From: a virus
DNA length: 64,000 nt
IMG/VR virus record: IMGVR_UViG_3300031578_000005
Coordinates: 32,001-96,000 of that record
Strand: one strand, 5' to 3'
Shown: piece after piece, positions 48,602 through 58,809 of the stretch
How positions within the stretch are numbered: position 1 is the first letter of the stretch
Layout of the letters: every line of letters begins with the position of its first letter
Program-made: the position numbers and the translations under genes
Notes under the pieces: generated by a model
What the model was told of the DNA's origin: nothing
The model's input: only the letters and a program-made list of their open reading frames with translations
Databases searched by the model: none

Positions 48602-48692
48602 GGAAGATTGCCAGAGCTGGTTGATTGGGACACCCCGCTAAGGTGTTGTACAACTTAGACTTGTACCGTGGGTTCGAATCCCACATCTTCCT
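48602..48692 (+). tRNA. tRNA-Ser(GCT)
   Basis: ACACC-ccGCTaa-GGTGT; long variable arm. Confidence 0.85.
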
Positions 48693-48978
48693 CTTGGTTG
48701 TTTTTGTACTCTCATTGTTTTTATGGAAAAGCACAATTATGGAAATTATGCTGAATATTTTACTAAGCATTTTAGTATTTATTACCAAACAAAATGTATG
48801 TGGGAATATGATAGAGTCGTAATTAAATTCAAACAAAATGATGAATTACTTGAAAGAATTAATCATTTGGGTGCTAATGGGTGGGAAATTATAAGTTATA
48901 TTGAAAATACACCAAAAAAATTTAGTGATTCTTGGGAAAGTACTATACTTATAAAAAGAAAATTAAAATAAAACCAGT

Positions 48979-49389
48979 ATGAAACTATTAGATGAAATTA
49001 AAGACATAATAAACCAGTATAACTTAACTCCATTAATTTTACCCGATGGTTATAAAAATGTGTATCAATACATCAATGATAATCCCAAAGCATTGGATGA
49101 ATTTAAATCAGAAATTTCCGATTCAGAATTATATTTAAAATATAAAAAATATATTCCTAAAGGTTGGTATGGTTTTGATATTGGTCAACCAATAATATCG
49201 TCATGGTCAGTAATTATTGATAAGATATTAGAAATTTGTGTAATAAACGATAATGATTTTGAGATTCATCAAATCAAACTAAAATTTGGCGGAATTCGAT
49301 TTTATGTTCAAAGTAATGCAATTGAAGATATTTTCGAAATTGATGATTATATTGAAAATAATTTATATGATGAAGCATTAATTTATTAA
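48979..49389 (+). CDS. hypothetical protein (QIKLKFGGIRFY family)
   Basis: 136 aa ORF. Confidence 0.7.
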   Translation: MKLLDEIKDIINQYNLTPLILPDGYKNVYQYINDNPKALDEFKSEISDSELYLKYKKYIPKGWYGFDIGQPIISSWSVIIDKILEICVINDNDFEIHQIKLKFGGIRFYVQSNAIEDIFEIDDYIENNLYDEALIY

Positions 49390-49398
49390 CATATTACA

Positions 49399-50004
49399 AT
49401 GAATATTATATCCGAAATAATTAAAGAAGAATTTTCGAAATTATTTGAGAACGAAATCATTCCCCCAGACATCCCCAATACAATGAATTTTTGGCATGGT
49501 GGTAATCTTGACGATTACAATGATATTATCTCACAAAAGAATGGAAGATATGAATATGGTGCGGGATTATATGCCACAACACATTATGATACAGCAAAAA
49601 AATACTCAAAAGGTAGCAGAAAGTTGTATTTAATTACAATTGAAAACGGTGTCGATATCAACAAAGCCCAATTAAATATTGAAGATGTTAAAATTTTTAT
49701 TAATACGTATTTAATTGGTGGCATGAGAAAAATAATATGGAATAGATATCAACCATACATAAAAGATGATGTAATTAATGCTGGTATTTTTAATAATGTC
49801 ATTTTAAATGAAAAAGCAATCAAATCAACAAATACAAGATATTTACGAGAATTTTATGTCAATAATGGTATTGATTATGAGATAATTAATAATGCCTATG
49901 GTTGGGGGGAAAAAATGATGGTATTATATAATATGAAAAAAATTATTAATGTCATCACAATTAAACCAACAGATAAAATCACTAAATATGATTTGTTAAA
50001 ATAA
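49399..50004 (+). CDS. ADP-ribosyltransferase-fold-like protein with IIKEE leader
   Basis: FWHGG...YGAGLYAT...AKKY. Confidence 0.55.
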   Translation: MNIISEIIKEEFSKLFENEIIPPDIPNTMNFWHGGNLDDYNDIISQKNGRYEYGAGLYATTHYDTAKKYSKGSRKLYLITIENGVDINKAQLNIEDVKIFINTYLIGGMRKIIWNRYQPYIKDDVINAGIFNNVILNEKAIKSTNTRYLREFYVNNGIDYEIINNAYGWGEKMMVLYNMKKIINVITIKPTDKITKYDLLK

Positions 50005-50049
50005 ATTATTGATATATTGAAAAACTATTAATATAGTAAAAACACATTA

Positions 50050-50125
50050 CGAATTAGAGTGGTCTATCTCACCAGTCTCATAAGCTGGACTACCCATAAG
50101 GTAACCGTCCGGGATTCTGGCTAAA
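50050..50125 (+). pseudogene. degenerate tRNA with CAT anticodon
   Basis: CCAGT-ctCATaa-GCTGG; T arm not recognisable. Confidence 0.4.
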
Positions 50126-50192
50126 TCCAATTAACGACAAAAACGTTAATGCTATTGTTATTGCTATGTTTTTCATACTTAAATAACTTAAA

Positions 50193-50438
50193 TTAAATTA
50201 TTATTTCAGCTTCATCCTTAAATTGTAATTTGGATATGTCTGTAATAACGTTTCCCTTGCCATCAAGCGTAGCTACCTGAACATTTTTAATAGGAATATT
50301 GTCCACAACCGAAGCCGGAAATACCCAACTACTACTGACTAATTCAGGAATGGGTCTAAACACGTTTAGGATAGTCTTAAGTAAACCCCCTGAACGCTTT
50401 CCCAAATTACCTAATTTGCCAAATTGTATAAACTGCAT
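50193..50438 (-). CDS. hypothetical protein
   Basis: 81 aa, downstream of the 50771 ORF. Confidence 0.5.
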   Translation of the reverse strand: MQFIQFGKLGNLGKRSGGLLKTILNVFRPIPELVSSSWVFPASVVDNIPIKNVQVATLDGKGNVITDISKLQFKDEAEIII

Positions 50439-50447
50439 ATTTTTATT

Positions 50448-50771
50448 CTATAGCATTGGTATTATATTTAATGTCACTGATCCAATCACAGCAATTTGAT
50501 TACCGGCAGGTAAACTTAAATATGTTTCAACATCGCCAAGTAATCTAGCACCAGTATTTGTTGTAACTACGGGGTTACCACCAATTTTTATATAACAATC
50601 ATCAGTAGGTAATAATCTAATAATTTTGCTTGTAGTGTATCCCGAAAATTGTACGGAGGTACCAGTACTGGTTAAATTATATACATTATTTGTATCCCAA
50701 GAGCCTACTTGAAATTCCCTATTATTTCCATCATATGGAACATATGAATTAACTTCATTTTCTTTTAACAT
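50448..50771 (-). CDS. small beta-rich late protein
   Basis: 107 aa; late motif at ~50798. Confidence 0.65.
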   Translation of the reverse strand: MLKENEVNSYVPYDGNNREFQVGSWDTNNVYNLTSTGTSVQFSGYTTSKIIRLLPTDDCYIKIGGNPVVTTNTGARLLGDVETYLSLPAGNQIAVIGSVTLNIIPML

Positions 50772-50890
50772 TCTGTGTAAATTTTATATAATATCATATA
50801 TAAATACAAACTAAATATGATTTGTTAAAATAAATTATTGATATTATTGTAACATTGATAATTTATTTACGTATAACAAATAAAAATAAA

Positions 50891-51190
50891 ATGAGAAGTA
50901 CTGAACTAAAAGTTGAAATCACTGAATTATTCATGGCAAAAGCAGATTTTGACAGGCGATTTTACGGAACCGTAAAAAGGGAAATTGATGAAGATGGTAA
51001 TACAATTCTTTATGGTAAAATTTTAGTGAAAAATGATATCCATAATGGATATATATACGGCACAGCAGTGGATAATTATGAATTATCAAAAAACTTGGAT
51101 AAGCTAGTTAAGATGATTCTTGATGAAAATCTTCATGATAACAAAAGTGTTGTCATTAACGGAAAAATGTTTGAATATAATCTGAATTAA
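50891..51190 (+). CDS. hypothetical protein
   Basis: ATG at 50891 after TGTAAC-N16-CGTA promoter (50848). Confidence 0.65.
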   Translation: MRSTELKVEITELFMAKADFDRRFYGTVKREIDEDGNTILYGKILVKNDIHNGYIYGTAVDNYELSKNLDKLVKMILDENLHDNKSVVINGKMFEYNLN

Positions 51191-51215
51191 GAACAAATAG
51201 TAAACCATAGAAATT

Positions 51216-51425
51216 ATGAATAAATCGAAAACATTTAAAGTAGCACAAGGCAATGAAATTTTACCGTGTGTTATCAGCCATAATTCTGAAATAGTGGTAT
51301 GTGGTTGTGGTTGGAAAGGACATGAAACTGAGTTAAAAACAAAAAAAGTAACTATAATAGCAAACTGCCCCGAAGATATTGAAGTATGTCCCAAATGTGA
51401 AAGCGAATGGTTGACATTCTACTAA
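51216..51425 (+). CDS. small Zn-finger protein
   Basis: CGCGW...CPKC. Confidence 0.6.
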   Translation: MNKSKTFKVAQGNEILPCVISHNSEIVVCGCGWKGHETELKTKKVTIIANCPEDIEVCPKCESEWLTFY

Positions 51426-51649
51426 TTATGGTTGTTAACTGTACGCAGGTTTGATTAGTTGCATGAAAACGGCAAAAGATTAAATTGAAATACTGATGAT
51501 AAGTTGAGTTTAAAACTTTTTTAGAAGCAGGAAAAAGAAATTAACTAAGTCTATTGTTATAAATTAATTGAATTAATATTATTTTTCTTGCAATTAATTA
51601 AAATTAGTATTAGTTTTACGGAAAATAATTACAATACAATAAATAACAA

Positions 51650-51896
51650 TATGGGAGAAAATATCGAATTACAAGATGTAGAAGTAATTGAAAATTCACT
51701 AGATACCGTAGATACTGTGCCAGTAGAACTTTCAGAAGAAGAAAAACAATTGATTGAACGCAAACAACGTATTCAAGAAATAATCACAGCTAAAAATATT
51801 AGCAAACCCAAAAAGCATTATGGTGTTAAATATAAAAAAGAACGTCAGAAAAAAAATAAACAAACAAAAAAATCACGTAGAGCAAATCGTAAATAA
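51650..51896 (+). CDS. hypothetical protein with basic C-terminus
   Basis: MGENIEL... to TAA 51896. Confidence 0.6.
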
Positions 51897-52234
51897 TATG
51901 GGACAATCACCATACTCAGAAACCGATTTGAATAACTATGTATACGTAGTACCAAATAGTCATTTTTGGACTGATTTGAATCAATTAACCAATGCTTTAG
52001 AGATTGATCCGCCATCTAAAGAATATATATTAATTGGACTTGATAATACCATTAAAAACGGATATGATATTCAGTTAATTAATTCTGATATAAAACATGA
52101 TACACCAGTAGTTAAATCAGTTAATGATATTATTAATTACATTAATGATGATAAGACCTATAGCAATAATATTCTATTCTTAATGCTTAACTATATGATA
52201 CATTTTGGATATAATCTAGTTAAAACCACTGCAA

Positions 52235-52591
52235 ATGAATATTGATCTTAATAGTACGTATTGGGATAGACTAAAGGGTTATGTCACAAAACTACGGGTA
52301 GATGCCCGTTGGGTATTACGTGATAATATCACCAATAAATCATATGGATCATTAAGAATTGTTTCACATCCAGATTTGCCACCCGGACATTTACGTGCAT
52401 TTTTTACATATGTGGTGACAATAACCCCTAAGACTAGGGAGGAAAAGATTCAAACAATTGAAGATTATCAAATGGAAATTACTGAACTTGAAGTTTATTC
52501 AATTGAAGATAGCATTAACACTGAAAATAAAACATATGAAGCACCATATAAAGAACTTGAAGAAATGTTTGGTGTAAAAGTATTTGAATAA
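52235..52591 (+). CDS. hypothetical protein
   Basis: 118 aa in operon. Confidence 0.7.
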   Translation: MNIDLNSTYWDRLKGYVTKLRVDARWVLRDNITNKSYGSLRIVSHPDLPPGHLRAFFTYVVTITPKTREEKIQTIEDYQMEITELEVYSIEDSINTENKTYEAPYKELEEMFGVKVFE

Positions 52592-52602
52592 TAGCATACC
52601 AA

Positions 52603-53640
52603 ATGAAAAAGAAATATAAATTATTAATTATTGGTCACATGCGACATGGTAAAGATACTGTTGCGGGAATGATTGAAGAATTTACGGGAATGTCATTTAA
52701 AAGCTCATCAGAAATGGCAGCTGAGATTTTTATTTATGACAAACTAAAGGATGAATATGGATATTCAACATTTATTGAATGTTTTGAAGACCGCATGGCT
52801 CATCGTGCGGAATGGCATGATTTAATTTGTGAATATAATATGCCTGATAAAGCAAGGTTAGCAAAAGAAATATTGGAATATAATGACATGTATGTTGGAA
52901 TGCGGAGTCAAGATGAGATACAGAAGTGTATTGATGATAAAGTCTTCGATATGATTATTGGTGTTTATGATGAAAATAAACCATTAGAACCGAAAGATTC
53001 ATTTAACATCGATTTATTTTCATCAAGTGATATTATCATACCAACAGGTGATTTGAATTTGGTAAAATTAAAAGTAAAAAAAATCTGTGATCTTTTATTA
53101 AACCAAGACTCAGATAGACCCAAAAAATTTCTTAAATTTCCAAAAATTGGCTTAGACGTTGATGGTGTATTAGCTGATTTTACCGGTGCTTGGGCTAATT
53201 TATATTCAGATGTTAATGCCACACCAAGTTCATGGTATTTTGATAGGAAAATTGTTGAAAGATTTGAAGCAATGAGAGAAAATAATACTTTAGATGATTT
53301 TTATTTAAACATTGAGCCATTAATAGGGGAAAGCGAATTACCATTTGAACCACATTGTTACATCACCTCAAGACCCGTTTCGAAAGAAATTACTGAGGCA
53401 TGGTTAGATAAGCATAATTTTCCACGTAAACCCGTAATTAGTTTGGATATTAAAACCAGTAAAGTCGATGCTGCAAAAAAAGCTGGTGTTGAAATATTTA
53501 TTGATGATTCATTTGAAAATTTTGTTGATTTAAATAATAACAATATTTTCACCTATCTATTTACAGCACCTTGGAATATAAAATATGATGTTGGACATAT
53601 GAGGCTTAATTCATTAAAAGACATGTCATTATTAAAATAA
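52603..53640 (+). CDS. fusion: dNMP kinase-like P-loop + HAD 5'(3')-nucleotidase
   Basis: GHMRHGKDT; LDVDGVLADF, ITSR, FIDD. Confidence 0.8.
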   Translation: MKKKYKLLIIGHMRHGKDTVAGMIEEFTGMSFKSSSEMAAEIFIYDKLKDEYGYSTFIECFEDRMAHRAEWHDLICEYNMPDKARLAKEILEYNDMYVGMRSQDEIQKCIDDKVFDMIIGVYDENKPLEPKDSFNIDLFSSSDIIIPTGDLNLVKLKVKKICDLLLNQDSDRPKKFLKFPKIGLDVDGVLADFTGAWANLYSDVNATPSSWYFDRKIVERFEAMRENNTLDDFYLNIEPLIGESELPFEPHCYITSRPVSKEITEAWLDKHNFPRKPVISLDIKTSKVDAAKKAGVEIFIDDSFENFVDLNNNNIFTYLFTAPWNIKYDVGHMRLNSLKDMSLLK

Positions 53641-53731
53641 TAATAACGTAAAATTAGTTGAAATATTAAACTAAACGGTCATCTCATAGTATTTATGTTT
53701 GATTTAAAACATTAACATTAACTAAAAAAAT

Positions 53732-54199
53732 ATGAGTAATATTGTAGCTGATATCGTCGAGAGCGTTGAGATAAAACCAAATAAAACAAAGAGCATTTTA
53801 AAATGGATTATCAGTATTTCAGTCACACTGATTAGCTTAGCATTTGTTTTTGGCGAAATTAAAGCAAATTATTTAAATAAGTTAAATAATATTGAAATCA
53901 CAACCAAAAAGAATACTGAATCTGTAGTTGAATTAAAACATGAAATGAATATTAACGTTAATAAACTCAATAATAGAATTAATAAAGTTTATGATGATGG
54001 ATATGAGATTTTTGTTGATTTTCAAGAATACAATCAAAGACAACTTGAGTTATTTATTGATTACGGTGCAAGTAATAAAGAAATATTAAAAAAGGTATTA
54101 CAAATAAGTATTACAGAAAAAAATAAGGAAGTAAGAACTATCATGGAAAAAGCAAAAAACTATGATAAAGATACTCTCAATAATACAATAAAACATTAA
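53732..54199 (+). CDS. membrane-anchored coiled-coil protein
   Basis: single TM segment near the N-terminus. Confidence 0.65.
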   Translation: MSNIVADIVESVEIKPNKTKSILKWIISISVTLISLAFVFGEIKANYLNKLNNIEITTKKNTESVVELKHEMNINVNKLNNRINKVYDDGYEIFVDFQEYNQRQLELFIDYGASNKEILKKVLQISITEKNKEVRTIMEKAKNYDKDTLNNTIKH

Positions 54200-54201
54200 C
54201 G

Positions 54202-54516
54202 ATGAAAGTACTTGCAATGAATTATAATAAAAATGAATTTATTAAATTTCTCACGAAATTAAATTGTGATGACGCAATAATAAATAAGTTCATAGAACTA
54301 CCTGAATTGGTTAAGCGTAATGGCAATACGTATGAGATATACATAAACACAACATGGTATAATATTGATAGACCATACTATAATTTTGAACTAAATTACT
54401 ATTCAGAATATCTAAATGAGTTTTTATTTAATACAAAAATTTTAAATAAAGTCGAATTAAGCATTAATAACTTATTATATGAATTAACTAATGCTAAATT
54501 AATAACCAGAAAATAA
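54202..54516 (+). CDS. hypothetical protein
   Basis: 104 aa. Confidence 0.6.
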   Translation: MKVLAMNYNKNEFIKFLTKLNCDDAIINKFIELPELVKRNGNTYEIYINTTWYNIDRPYYNFELNYYSEYLNEFLFNTKILNKVELSINNLLYELTNAKLITRK

Positions 54517-55175
54517 TGAAAATTACAATCGCAATAATTTCAGATACACATAATAAGCACAAACAATTAAATTTACCTGATGCTGACGTTATTATTCATT
54601 GTGGTGACTTTACTTCTGTTGGTAAAGAACATGAGATTCGTAATTTTTTTAAATGGTATTCTAAGTTAGAACAATATAAACATAAAATAGTTATTGCCGG
54701 AAATCATGATTGGTTATTTGAAACCAATAGTTTATTAGCAAAAAGTTTGGTGCCCAAAAATGTGATTTATCTTGAAGATTCTGGTGTTGAAATCGAAGGA
54801 ATTAAATTCTATGGTACTCCTGTTCAAAGACCATTCAATAATTGGGCATTTAATCGTCCAGAAGAAAAACTTGAAAAACATTGGCAAGCAATTCCAGATA
54901 ATATCGATGTATTAATTACACACAGCCCACCATACTCAATTATGGATTTAAGCATATATAATGGAGATTGCTGTGGCTCACCGAGTTTATATAATGAGGT
55001 TGTAGAACGCATTAAACCATTAGTTCATTTAATGGGACATATCCATGATGGCTATGGCGTTAAGATTATTAATGGTGTTGTTTTTATCAATGCCTCAAAT
55101 CTTGATGAAAGTTATAATTGTGTAAATAAACCAATATTAATTGAATTGATTAATGGTAAAGTAAATATTCTTTAA
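54516..55175 (+). CDS. metallophosphoesterase
   Basis: SDTH, GDFT, GNHD, THSPP, GHIH. Confidence 0.9.
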   Translation: MKITIAIISDTHNKHKQLNLPDADVIIHCGDFTSVGKEHEIRNFFKWYSKLEQYKHKIVIAGNHDWLFETNSLLAKSLVPKNVIYLEDSGVEIEGIKFYGTPVQRPFNNWAFNRPEEKLEKHWQAIPDNIDVLITHSPPYSIMDLSIYNGDCCGSPSLYNEVVERIKPLVHLMGHIHDGYGVKIINGVVFINASNLDESYNCVNKPILIELINGKVNIL

Positions 55176-55185
55176 ATCATATAAT

Positions 55186-56037
55186 ATGAAAAACAAATTA
55201 CAACAACATATAAAACACATTAAAACGATGTTTTATACTCTCATTGGGTGCAAGTTGAAGAGGAAAGATAGTACTAACTATATTAGGCATTACGAATATC
55301 AATTAAGATATATTGAAGATGGTTTTCATAAACAACTATTTGATCAAATTATGACATATATTGTAGCTGGAAGATTTAAAGAGAAAACATTTCTAATGAC
55401 TGATTGTGTTGGAACACCACCAAATGGTGAACATATGTTTTGTAATAAGTTGATTAGATTAAAAAGCACCGTAAATGAAACATACTCAACGATAACCGGA
55501 TATGATACATTTCAAGTTGCAATTAATTTGTTTGATAGAAAATGTTTTGAAAATGATATAATATTTGATGTTGAGAATGAAAATCATATTAATGAAATAT
55601 TGGAAATATATGGATTACTAAAAAATAATTCAGATTACAATAAGGGGGTTGACATTGAAAAAGATTTTCTTCATAGTGGGTTATTTTTTATTGAAAAGGG
55701 TAAAATTTGTTATTATATCATTAAAAAGGATGATAATGATAAAATGTTTATACGTGATAAAAAATATGTCGAAAACAATAGTGTATTTAATGATTATTTA
55801 TTTTTATCATTCGATATTACAGATGCAAAATATGACAATACCAATGAGATAATCGAATATTGTAAAAACTCAATAAGAAAACATTATAAACTAAAAGAAG
55901 ATACGAAACATCTTGATTTAAAAGATAGGTTTTCGTTTATAATATTCGATGATGATAATAAAATAAAGAACTTACCTTATTTAAATAACATTGATTTTGT
56001 ATTATCTGAAATTGGTTGTAAATATGAAGATATTTAA
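55186..56037 (+). CDS. hypothetical protein
   Basis: 283 aa, followed by an attC-like site. Confidence 0.65.
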   Translation: MKNKLQQHIKHIKTMFYTLIGCKLKRKDSTNYIRHYEYQLRYIEDGFHKQLFDQIMTYIVAGRFKEKTFLMTDCVGTPPNGEHMFCNKLIRLKSTVNETYSTITGYDTFQVAINLFDRKCFENDIIFDVENENHINEILEIYGLLKNNSDYNKGVDIEKDFLHSGLFFIEKGKICYYIIKKDDNDKMFIRDKKYVENNSVFNDYLFLSFDITDAKYDNTNEIIEYCKNSIRKHYKLKEDTKHLDLKDRFSFIIFDDDNKIKNLPYLNNIDFVLSEIGCKYEDI

Positions 56038-56054
56038 GGATAATAACAACCAGC

Positions 56055-56185
56055 ACCCAACACCGTGTATAGTGCATTTGGTGGGTATAGGTTATTTGTA
56101 ATACATCACATTTAATTAACATTATAATGACTTGATAATTAGGTGCAATAAAAACCAAACGCCACCATACACGTCAACGTTGTAA
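56055..56185 (+). repeat. attC-like imperfect palindrome 3
   Basis: ACCCAAC..CGTGTAT...ATACACG..GTTGTAA. Confidence 0.5.
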
Positions 56186-56246
56186 TTTATTTAAATCACA
56201 ATATAAATGATAAACATTTTATGAATAAAAATAATTAAAAATTAAT

Positions 56247-57281
56247 ATGAAAGATTTGAAACCAAAATTCGATTTTAATGATATATCATTAGTACCTGCG
56301 ATATTATCCAATATCATTTCAAGAAATGAGATAAATATTTTTGACATTAACAATAAATTACCAATATTTGTGTCACCAATGGATACAGTCGTTGATGATG
56401 GTAATTATAAAACATTCATTGATTTAGGCATGTATGTTTGTATGCCAAGAAATTATAGCGAATCAAATAAAAAATATGAAGATGAATGCTTCATTTCTTA
56501 TGGTCTTGATGATATTGAATCAATCATAAATAACGGCGAAGAACTACCAAAAAGGGTATTAATCGATGTTGCTAATGCACATTCAATCAGGGTATATGAA
56601 GTATCAAAAAAGATTAAAGAAAATTATAATATTGAATTAATGGTTGGTAATATTGCCAATCCAGAAACATATATTAAATATGCAAAAATTGGTGTCGATT
56701 ATATTCGCTGTGGAATTGGTGCGGGGCAAAGCTGCACAACTTCAGCAAATAGCTCCATACATTATCCAATTGCTTCATTAATACATGAAATATCAAAAAT
56801 AAAAAAAGAATTAAAATTTAAAAACGCACCAAAGATTATTGCTGATGGTGGATTTAAAAACTATGATGATGTAATTAAGGCAATTGGAATTGGTGCTGAT
56901 GGCGTGATGTTGGGCAGTATTATAAATAAATCTATTGAGTCTTGTGGTGATAATTTTATAGTAAAAAATAATGAATATATTAAGATTGATAATGACGATG
57001 CAATAAAATTATATGGAGAAGGAATAACAATTTTTAAAAGATTTAGAGGCATGAGTACAAAAGAAGTCCAAATAAAATGGGGGAAAAAAGAGTTGCGCAC
57101 ATCCGAAGGAATTGTTAAATTTAACAAAGTCGAATATTCGATATCGGGATGGATTGATAATTTTAAGGATTATTTAAAATCATGCATGTCATATCAAAAT
57201 AAACTAAATATTTCTGAATTTATTGGTAATTCTGATTTTATCTTTATAACAAAAAATGCATATGACAGATTCAATAAATAA
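56247..57281 (+). CDS. GMP reductase / IMP dehydrogenase family protein
   Basis: SPMDTV, IDVANAH, GIGAGQSCTT, IIADGG, FRGMST, SEG. Confidence 0.85.
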   Translation: MKDLKPKFDFNDISLVPAILSNIISRNEINIFDINNKLPIFVSPMDTVVDDGNYKTFIDLGMYVCMPRNYSESNKKYEDECFISYGLDDIESIINNGEELPKRVLIDVANAHSIRVYEVSKKIKENYNIELMVGNIANPETYIKYAKIGVDYIRCGIGAGQSCTTSANSSIHYPIASLIHEISKIKKELKFKNAPKIIADGGFKNYDDVIKAIGIGADGVMLGSIINKSIESCGDNFIVKNNEYIKIDNDDAIKLYGEGITIFKRFRGMSTKEVQIKWGKKELRTSEGIVKFNKVEYSISGWIDNFKDYLKSCMSYQNKLNISEFIGNSDFIFITKNAYDRFNK

Positions 57282-57681
57282 AACAGATAATCTAGCAGAA
57301 ATCATCAGTAGTTTATCTACCAATGAGATTAATAACTTATATGGTAAATATTCAGATGTTCTGGAACTCTATGTAATTAGAAATCGTGAACAGTTGCCAT
57401 ATCTAGCATATGCAATTGATACGGCATATAATTATATCAAAGAAAATCATGGCGATTTAGATAAGGACTGGAAAACAATGACAGTTCTGGTAATAACGAA
57501 ACTATTAATTGATGGTAATATTAATAGCGTAAATGATGTGACAAAATTAATTGATGATTTCATCAAGTACCATAATCAAAATTATGAAAAATATGTTAAT
57601 GACTTGATTATTTTTGATGATATTGATAATTATTTAAGATTCACACATAAATTCACGGGGAAAAACATCAATAATAAATAG
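57256..57681 (+). CDS. hypothetical protein
   Basis: 141 aa. Confidence 0.6.
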   Translation: MHMTDSINKTDNLAEIISSLSTNEINNLYGKYSDVLELYVIRNREQLPYLAYAIDTAYNYIKENHGDLDKDWKTMTVLVITKLLIDGNINSVNDVTKLIDDFIKYHNQNYEKYVNDLIIFDDIDNYLRFTHKFTGKNINNK

Positions 57682-57688
57682 AGTATTT

Positions 57689-57919
57689 ATGAACAAAGAC
57701 GACATTATGGAAAGATCAATTAAATACCGGAGATTTGAAGAATTCTTAAATACTGCTTCAAATACATCAGATGAATCATCATTACAAATTTTTCTTGATA
57801 AATTAGTTACTGAGGGTTGGAACATTATTTATTATAACGAAGAAAAAACCGACCCGAATCATAAGGACGAATTACATGTTGTTATTTTAGCAAACAAACG
57901 ACAAAATAGCATTATATGA
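57689..57919 (+). CDS. hypothetical protein
   Basis: 76 aa. Confidence 0.6.
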   Translation: MNKDDIMERSIKYRRFEEFLNTASNTSDESSLQIFLDKLVTEGWNIIYYNEEKTDPNHKDELHVVILANKRQNSII

Positions 57920-58086
57920 GCAAAGATTCTGGATATTTAGTTGAAACTAAAACAGGCAAAAATGGTAGAACATACCATCGTGAGAACTTAATCGATAAAA
58001 AAATAATTGTCCACGTTATTGATGATAACAACCTGAAAATATTATGCGATCCCCAAACAATAAAAATTACTGGATATATTGATTAA
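57916..58086 (+). CDS. small hypothetical protein (MSKDSGYLVETKTGK...)
   Basis: 56 aa, ATGA overlap with upstream gene; not in the ORF track. Confidence 0.6.
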   Translation: MSKDSGYLVETKTGKNGRTYHRENLIDKKIIVHVIDDNNLKILCDPQTIKITGYID

Positions 58087-58091
58087 AAGCT

Positions 58092-58505
58092 ATGATTATG
58101 GAAAATATTAAATTAATACCAAAACACACTTATCTATTTAAAATTAGATCATCAAATAATTTAAGTGCCGGAACAATACTTGCAATTACAAATACTGCAT
58201 GCTATATCAAATGGAATAATGGTAGTAATAATACATATATATGGTATGAGAAGGAATATGTTGATATATACATGAGCATTATTGAAGACATTACAGAATT
58301 TGATGATGTTGTTAATACCAAACGGGTATTGAATGATGTTGTTAATACCAAACGGGTATTGAATGATGCCGTAACACCAATAAAATATATTCCATGCAGG
58401 AAATGTAACGGTACTGGTAAAATCCTTGATGACGGATCAAGTACTGGTGATAGTGTTTGCAATATCTGTTGGGGAGCAAAGATCACCGTTATTGGTGGAG
58501 ATTAA
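58092..58505 (+). CDS. protein with DnaJ-like CxxCxGxG Zn finger
   Basis: CRKCNGTG...CNICWG; 30 bp tandem duplication. Confidence 0.65.
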   Translation: MIMENIKLIPKHTYLFKIRSSNNLSAGTILAITNTACYIKWNNGSNNTYIWYEKEYVDIYMSIIEDITEFDDVVNTKRVLNDVVNTKRVLNDAVTPIKYIPCRKCNGTGKILDDGSSTGDSVCNICWGAKITVIGGD

Positions 58506-58809
58506 TTGTGATTTCAAATATACGTTGATCAATATAATGGTTTGACTCGACTATTTTAACATCGAATTTATTGTCGATATCGAAAAACATCAAACCAATG
58601 TCATCAGGTAAATTATCTGGATATTTTACGGCAATTTCAAAATAAATTTGATGGGCATTAACATAATTTATTTGAACGATAAAATCAAAATTTTCCTTCA
58701 ATAATTCTAAGCCGGATAATAACTTCGAGTTTAATTTAATAAGTTCTGCATTTACTTTTAATGCTTTAGCCGAATTTATTATTGTGATGTTCTCATAAAT
58801 GTCATACAT
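58489..58809 (-). CDS. hypothetical protein
   Basis: 106 aa. Confidence 0.55.
   Translation of the reverse strand: MYDIYENITIINSAKALKVNAELIKLNSKLLSGLELLKENFDFIVQINYVNAHQIYFEIAVKYPDNLPDDIGLMFFDIDNKFDVKIVESNHYIDQRIFEITINLHQ

Noticed and set aside
17789-48836. ORF-track entries overlapping tRNAs (e.g. 17789, 17979, 18249, 19881, 30734, 41572, 41687, 48588, 48625)
   Set aside because: Chance frames across tRNA genes.
58304-58367. 30 bp tandem duplication as a functional repeat
   Set aside because: Two in-frame copies only; likely slippage.
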